DNA from: an uncultured Gallionella sp.
GTDB lineage: Bacteria > Pseudomonadota > Gammaproteobacteria > Burkholderiales > Gallionellaceae
Assembly (NCBI GenBank): GCA_964410705.1
Contig: CAYPIG010000001.1
Span: forward strand, 25,362 to 89,361
DNA length: 64,000 bases
Direction of reading: 5' to 3'
Below the pieces are notes generated by a model that was given only the letters and a program-made list of their open reading frames with translations, did no database searches and was not told the origin of the DNA. Made by a program: the position numbers and the translations under genes. The stretch's first letter is position 1. Every line of letters begins with the position of its first letter. Below are positions 58,869-64,000 of this stretch, one piece after another.

Positions 58869-59510
58869 TCAGCCCTGAACTTCGATCAGGTGATGGGTGA
58901 TGGCATAGTGTATCGCTTCCGCGTTGTTGGTAAAGCCCATTTTTGCCAGCATACGGCTGCGATAGACGCTGACGGTTTTGGGGCTGAGCGCCATGATCAC
59001 GGAGATGTCGTTCAGCGATTTTCCGGAAGCCATCAGGCAAAGGGTCTGATACTCGCGGTTGGAGAGCTTCTGATGCATCAGTTCCTGTGACTCGCCGATC
59101 AGATTGTTCAGCAGTTGTTCCGCCAGCACTTCGCTGATGTATTTTTTCCCGCTGATTACCTGGCGTATCGCCTTGATCAGCACGTCCGAGGCGCTTTGTT
59201 TGTTGATATAGCCCATAGCACCGGCTTTGAGCGCGCGCACCCCGTACTGTTCTTCCGGATACATGCTAAGCACGATGATCTTGAGCTCAGACTGCTCGGT
59301 CTTGAATTGCTTGAGCACGTCTATGCCGTGTTTGTCGGGCAGGTTGATATCCAGCAGCATCAGGTCGTAGTGTGCCTCGCGCAGCATGGACACCGCCTGA
59401 GTGCCGCTGGCCGCCTCACCGGTGATTTTCAGGTCAGGGCTGTCTTCGAGCAGCTGTTTCAAACCTTTACGGATTAAGGCGTGATCGTCAACGACGAGAA
59501 TATGGATCAT
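58869..59510 (-). CDS. NarL/FixJ-family response regulator (REC + LuxR HTH)
   Basis: VVDDH, LLDINLP (phospho-Asp), GYINK, LSNRE, SPKTVSVYRSR. Confidence 0.93.
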   Translation of the reverse strand: MIHILVVDDHALIRKGLKQLLEDSPDLKITGEAASGTQAVSMLREAHYDLMLLDINLPDKHGIDVLKQFKTEQSELKIIVLSMYPEEQYGVRALKAGAMGYINKQSASDVLIKAIRQVISGKKYISEVLAEQLLNNLIGESQELMHQKLSNREYQTLCLMASGKSLNDISVIMALSPKTVSVYRSRMLAKMGFTNNAEAIHYAITHHLIEVQG

Positions 59511-59667
59511 GGTGGTCAATTTGTCTGTGAGCGGCAGATTTTACTGCAAAATAATTTTTGCCAGTCATCTTAATTGCGGTTTTTGGCCATGCCAGCTACA
59601 TTACGCGTTTGCAGAGCGGTTCACTGTGCGCTGCATATCACGCAGGTTCTGGAGTTTTTTTATTGAA

Positions 59668-61362
59668 ATGAATGAGATGGACATGTTAGGCAAGTATCGC
59701 ATCATCGGCGAGCTGGGCCGGGGTGCGATGGGCGTGGTCTATGAGGCGTTCGACACGCTGATTGAACGCACGGTTGCCATCAAGACTATCCTCAAGTCTG
59801 CCGTGCACGGCAATGATGCGGAGGAGATATTCAGCCGGTTCCGCTCCGAGGCGCGTGCCGCAGGCCGCCTCACCCATCCCAAGATCATTTCCATCTACGA
59901 GTACGGCGAGAACGATGAGATGGCCTACATCGTGATGGAACTGGTGCGCGGCATGGAGCTGAGCGACTATTTCGACTGCGGCAAGAAGCTGTCGCTGGCC
60001 GAGGGTTTGCGCATCGTGATGCAGTTGCTCGATGCGCTCGACTATCTGCATGCGCACGGCATCGTGCACCGCGATATCAAGCCTGCCAATCTGATGATAA
60101 CGGAAGACGGCCAGCTCAAGATCGCCGATTTCGGCATCGCCAAGATCGATTCCTCCGGCCATACTCAGGTCGGCGTGGTGCTGGGCACCCCAACCTATAT
60201 GGCGCCGGAGCAGTTCATGGGGCATGAGGTGGATCAGCGGGCGGATCTGTATTCGGCCGGTGTCATCCTCTATCTGATGCTCACCGGCGAGCGTCCCTTC
60301 GTCGGCAGCGTCATCGCCATCATGCATCAGGCCGTACACCGCGATGCGACGCCCCCTTCTCGCATCAATTCCGATGTCACCCCCGAACTGGATGCCCTGG
60401 TGGCCCGCGCCATGGCCAAGCGTCCGGAAGACCGCTATCAGAGCGCCAAAAAGTTTTTGAAGGCGCTCAAGGCCGCAGCCCTGACGCTGCCTTCATCGGA
60501 TCATCCGGCCAGGGTCGGCTTTCGCGATGTGGCGGCCGAACCCGATGAGACGCTGGAATTGCCCCGGCGCAGTACGGGTAACTGGCGTGAGGCGGATATC
60601 GCCGCCTGGCAGAGCATTTCGGCCAGCCAGAAGCCGGAAGATTTCAGGAATTATCTGCTGGACTATCCCGAGGGCGGGTTTGCCGAGCTTGCGAAGATGC
60701 GCATAGAGGCGCTGGAAAAAGCGGCTGAGCGGGCAGCTCAGGAAGCGCTTCGTGCAAAGCAGGAGGAAAAGGCCAGGGAGGAGGCGGCGCAGGCGGCCGC
60801 GCTGGCCCGCCAGCGCGAAGAGGAGGCTGCCAAGGCGCAGCTGGCGCGAAAAATCGTCGAGCTTAGGCAGCAGGCGGAACAGGCGCGCGCTCAGGAAGCC
60901 ATCAGGCGCGAGAAAGAGGTCGAGGCTCAGTCTCAGCGGGCAAAAGAGCTGGAGCAGACCCTGTATGAACGCACCAGTAAGATCGCCGCCGTGGTCCAGG
61001 AAAGGGAGGAACGCAGCGATTCCGAACAGAGAATGAAGCGTGAGGCAAGGCGCCGCCTCGAAGAAGAGGTGTTGCGCAAGAAGCAGGGGAGGGCGCAGTT
61101 GGCTGCGGCCCGCGATGAACTGGAAAAGCTGGCTCAGGAAGAGGCGGCAGAAAAGCGGCGGCTGGCTGAGGCTGAACTGGCGGCGCGCGCAAAAGAAGCC
61201 GATGAGGCCTGGGAGCGGGCCAGAGTCGCCGAGCGCATCAGGGCCGAGGTAGAAGCAAAGGCGGCGCAGGAGAAGAAGAAAAACAGCTTCAAGCTGTTGA
61301 TGATAGGACTGTTTCTGATGCTGCTGCTGGCAGGTATCGTGTTCGGTCTGATGCCGCGCTGA
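59668..61362 (+). CDS. Hanks-type Ser/Thr protein kinase with long charged coiled-coil and C-terminal membrane anchor
   Basis: GRGAMGVVY, VAIK, HRDIKPAN, DFG, GTPTYMAPE. Start could be 59668, 59677 or 59683. Confidence 0.93.
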   Translation: MNEMDMLGKYRIIGELGRGAMGVVYEAFDTLIERTVAIKTILKSAVHGNDAEEIFSRFRSEARAAGRLTHPKIISIYEYGENDEMAYIVMELVRGMELSDYFDCGKKLSLAEGLRIVMQLLDALDYLHAHGIVHRDIKPANLMITEDGQLKIADFGIAKIDSSGHTQVGVVLGTPTYMAPEQFMGHEVDQRADLYSAGVILYLMLTGERPFVGSVIAIMHQAVHRDATPPSRINSDVTPELDALVARAMAKRPEDRYQSAKKFLKALKAAALTLPSSDHPARVGFRDVAAEPDETLELPRRSTGNWREADIAAWQSISASQKPEDFRNYLLDYPEGGFAELAKMRIEALEKAAERAAQEALRAKQEEKAREEAAQAAALARQREEEAAKAQLARKIVELRQQAEQARAQEAIRREKEVEAQSQRAKELEQTLYERTSKIAAVVQEREERSDSEQRMKREARRRLEEEVLRKKQGRAQLAAARDELEKLAQEEAAEKRRLAEAELAARAKEADEAWERARVAERIRAEVEAKAAQEKKKNSFKLLMIGLFLMLLLAGIVFGLMPR

Positions 61363-62280
61363 TCACGCCTCGAGGTGGATGGCAAACTCGATGATGTCGG
61401 CAGGGCTCTTGAGCGCGGGATGACCCAGGCTGATCGTGCCCGACTCCCTCAACACCATTTCTTCGCGGCGCAGCTGTATTTCGCTCTCGCCGTTGATGAT
61501 CACATAGGTGCCGTTGGAGCTTTGATCGATCAGCACGAACTTGTCGCGGCGCCGCTCTATTCTGGCGTGCATGCGCGAGGCGCTGCGGTTTTGCGTGACG
61601 ATGTCGGCTAATTCGTCCCGTCCTATCATCAGGCCGGGGTGTTTCGCATCGACGACGAATTTTTCATTCAGGTGGGATAGATGCAGGGTGGGTTCACTCG
61701 CCTGGCGGGAATAGGTGTTGCCGACCATCATGGTCAAGTCTTCGCTCTCCTGCCAGATGACTTCTCTCACCTCGATGTCGTCGGACTTTCCTTTTATATT
61801 CAGGCTGCTGAGGGTGCGGGTTCCGGTGCGCAATATGGGGGGGAGCATGGCGACCGTTGTTCCGGTGGTGATGATCTGCTGTGCGCGGGCGATCTGTGCC
61901 ATGCGGGACGCCACGTTGACGGTGTCGCCGAAGATGTCGTTCTGGCTTTCCAGTACCGGTCCGGAATGAAATCCGATGCGTATGGCGATCTGGCTGCCCT
62001 CTACAGGCGGTTTGGCGCTGATGACCATCTGCATCTCGCAGGCCGCCTGAGCCGCAGATACAGCGTCTGGAAAGACGGTCATGATCTCGTCGCCTATGGT
62101 TTTGATGACTTTGCCGCCGTGCGCGTGGGTCAGTTTGCGCAGGATGTCCAGGCAGCCGTTGATCGCATCATAAGCTCGCGCGTCTCCCAGTAGCTCATAC
62201 AGCCGCGTGCTGCCGCTCACATCTGCAAACAGTACTGCTTTGTCTTGTTGAGTCGTGTTGGGCACCGCAAAATTCCGCAA
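61363..62280 (-). CDS. Class III adenylate cyclase with C-terminal FHA domain
   Basis: FADVSGST, KTIGDE, RIGFHSG, DIFGDTVNVASRM; FHA motifs IGR, SRMH, SNGT. Start may be GTG62265. Confidence 0.9.
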   Translation of the reverse strand: MRNFAVPNTTQQDKAVLFADVSGSTRLYELLGDARAYDAINGCLDILRKLTHAHGGKVIKTIGDEIMTVFPDAVSAAQAACEMQMVISAKPPVEGSQIAIRIGFHSGPVLESQNDIFGDTVNVASRMAQIARAQQIITTGTTVAMLPPILRTGTRTLSSLNIKGKSDDIEVREVIWQESEDLTMMVGNTYSRQASEPTLHLSHLNEKFVVDAKHPGLMIGRDELADIVTQNRSASRMHARIERRRDKFVLIDQSSNGTYVIINGESEIQLRREEMVLRESGTISLGHPALKSPADIIEFAIHLEA

Positions 62281-62408
62281 GAATCAGAGTGCGCATTATA
62301 AGGGCAGTTGAGACGGGGGTGTTAATTTAAGCACTACCCCGAACGGGGAACTTGCGTCATAATTCCCGCAGATTCGCCCGGTTTCGGGCTCACGGTCCAT
62401 CCCTCAAA

Positions 62409-64000
62409 ATGACGACACTCTTCGATTTTCCGCAGCACATTTACATTTTTGCATCGATACTGGGGCTGTTGCTGCTGTCCTTCGTGATATTTTCGCTCAT
62501 CCCTTCCTTTGCGGTTTCGCGCAGGCTCTCGCAGGTGATACAGAAGCTCGCCTCGCTGGAAGGAAAACCTGACGAAAATCTGGCGCAAATTTTTGCGCAT
62601 GACGGCGTGATGGAACACCTGTGGCGCGAATATGCGGACTCGCTGCACCGGCAGGGGGAGGCGCGCTGGCGTTCCACGATGCCGGCGGGTGCGGTGTTCA
62701 GGCCCGATATCCTGGTCGATCTTCCTTTGCGCACCGATTTTTTCAAGCATCTGCCCGGCCTGTTTACCGGTGTTGGCATCATAGGCACTTTTTACGGGCT
62801 GCTGATCGGCCTTAAATCCTTCGTCATATCCGAAAACACCATCGTCGTGCGCGAGAGTCTGTCCCGTCTGCTGCACGGGGTATCCGAAGCCTTTCTGATT
62901 TCGGCCGCTGCGATTACGCTGGCGATGATCGTCACCTTCATCGAAAAACTGGTCGTTTCCCGGCTGAATGCCAAAGTCGAGCGCATGGTGCAGCTGCTCG
63001 ACGGACTGTTTGAGGGCGGCGCGGAGGAAGAGTATCTGGCGCGGCTGGTGCAGGCGTCCGAGCGTTCCGGGATATCCACCGATGAACTCAGAAAAATGCT
63101 GGCCGAACTGGGGGACAGGCAGATCTCCGCGACCAATGCGGCTTCCATCATGCTGGCTAACCGCATCACCTCCAGCATAGAGGAGGGGCTCAAGGCCCCG
63201 CTGCTCGAAATCGCCGAGTCGCTCAAGCGCGATGATACGCAGCTGATCACCGGGCTGGCGCCTTTGTTTGAGGAACTGGGCAGAGAGCTCAAAGCGCTCT
63301 TGAACCACCAGACGGAACAGATGAGCAGTTTGCAAAAACAGACGGCGGACGCGCTGCAGACGATGGTGCAGCGCATCGAAGTGATGGCGAGCGAATCTGC
63401 GGAAGCGGGGCGGCAGAGCAGGGAGCTGATGGCGGGCATGGTCAGATCGGGGGTGGACGCCGAACAGCGCCAGTCGCTGATGCAGGAAAAGCTGAGCGAA
63501 TTCATCAGCCAGATGCGCGATGCGGCAAGCCAGACTCAGGCCGATGCGCAGAGTCAGCTGCACGGGGCGCTGGACGAGCTGTCGTCCCGGCTGGGGGAAC
63601 TGATCGAGGGCCTGGGCGTTCAGGTCAACTCCGTGACCGATGTCAGCCGCCAGCATCAGCAGGACATGGAGGCGCAGAGCCTGAACATGATGACCCGGTT
63701 TGGCGGTCAGATCGACGCTTTGGTCGACGGGGTCGGGGAGGCGGTGGCAAAGATGCAGTCAGCGGTGCACGCCATGCACGACAGTACGGCAGGGGCGATG
63801 AGCGCGCTGGGCAACAGCGCGGATACCCTGTATCTGGCGAGTCAGAATTTTACCCGTGCCGGGGAACTGGTCGGCGAGACGATGAAAAAGTCCGAGGCGG
63901 TGGCGGGCGAGTTGCTTGCGGCGGCAGGCGTGGTCTCACAAGCTACCGATGGCTTGAGCTCGCTGTTTGGCGATTATCAGAGTTCCCGAGATGCCATGCT
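62409..64000 (+). CDS. zorA: ZorA-like MotA/TolQ/ExbB proton-channel protein with long helical tail (3'-truncated by the window; absent from the ORF track)
   Basis: Hand-translated open frame from ATG62409 to the window end: HLWREYADSLHRQ, LVDLPLRTDFFKHLPGLFTGVGIIGTFYGLLIGL, AFLISAAAI, EEEYLARLV. These closely resemble type I Zorya ZorA as I recall it. Confidence 0.85.
   Translation, partial: MTTLFDFPQHIYIFASILGLLLLSFVIFSLIPSFAVSRRLSQVIQKLASLEGKPDENLAQIFAHDGVMEHLWREYADSLHRQGEARWRSTMPAGAVFRPDILVDLPLRTDFFKHLPGLFTGVGIIGTFYGLLIGLKSFVISENTIVVRESLSRLLHGVSEAFLISAAAITLAMIVTFIEKLVVSRLNAKVERMVQLLDGLFEGGAEEEYLARLVQASERSGISTDELRKMLAELGDRQISATNAASIMLANRITSSIEEGLKAPLLEIAESLKRDDTQLITGLAPLFEELGRELKALLNHQTEQMSSLQKQTADALQTMVQRIEVMASESAEAGRQSRELMAGMVRSGVDAEQRQSLMQEKLSEFISQMRDAASQTQADAQSQLHGALDELSSRLGELIEGLGVQVNSVTDVSRQHQQDMEAQSLNMMTRFGGQIDALVDGVGEAVAKMQSAVHAMHDSTAGAMSALGNSADTLYLASQNFTRAGELVGETMKKSEAVAGELLAAAGVVSQATDGLSSLFGDYQSSRDAM

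Noticed and set aside
58861-58887. sigma28 promoter for the DGC at 58836
   Set aside because: ACCGATAA -10 is present but there is no TAAA-like -35 at 15-nt spacing.
59509-59667. Extended N-terminus of the Ser/Thr kinase
   Set aside because: It overlaps the divergent regulator start, is not kinase-like, and the kinase domain begins right after the ATGs at 59668-59683.
62334-63656. 440-aa minus-strand ORF
   Set aside because: Antisense shadow of the ZorA-like gene; the + frame has recognisable motifs and TM segments.
1-64000. rRNA, tRNA or riboswitch
   Set aside because: No recognisable conserved RNA motifs by eye; intergenic gaps are short. An Infernal/Rfam scan would be needed to exclude small RNAs.

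Overview
The window is mostly a betaproteobacterial-type flagellar supercluster. It is plausibly Nitrosomonadales/Gallionellaceae-like, but that is an inference from protein style and was not tested. The flagellar genes are flgA, flgB-L, fliR-F, fliE, ycgR, a FlhB-like/FliK-like pair and fliT-fliS-fliD-flaG-fliC, with two clear sigma28 promoters. Interruptions: a minCDE operon, a ~15 kb putative flagellin-glycosylation island (VioA-like aminotransferase, WbqC, three methyltransferases, ATP-grasp, two beta-propeller proteins, two HEPN/MNT pairs, and a double GT41 glycosyltransferase with an 870-bp identical internal repeat), and an Rpn-family nuclease. Left flank: a translationally coupled PLP-decarboxylase/ATP-grasp/PLP-enzyme operon and a NarX-like-sensor diguanylate cyclase. 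Right of fliC lies the most unusual block: about 15 copies of a GTC-tagged palindromic repeat in four clusters. These bracket three small gene cassettes (mazEF, DUF1640-like, GIY-YIG nuclease), and three copies carry the same 54-bp nested insert. After that come a DGC, a NarL-type regulator, a Ser/Thr kinase, an adenylate cyclase-FHA protein and a ZorA-like ORF that runs off the window and is missing from the ORF track. The conserved fliI N-terminus has no in-frame ATG/GTG/TTG start, and a G9 tract separates it from a plausible GTG start. No rRNA, tRNA or CRISPR array was seen.
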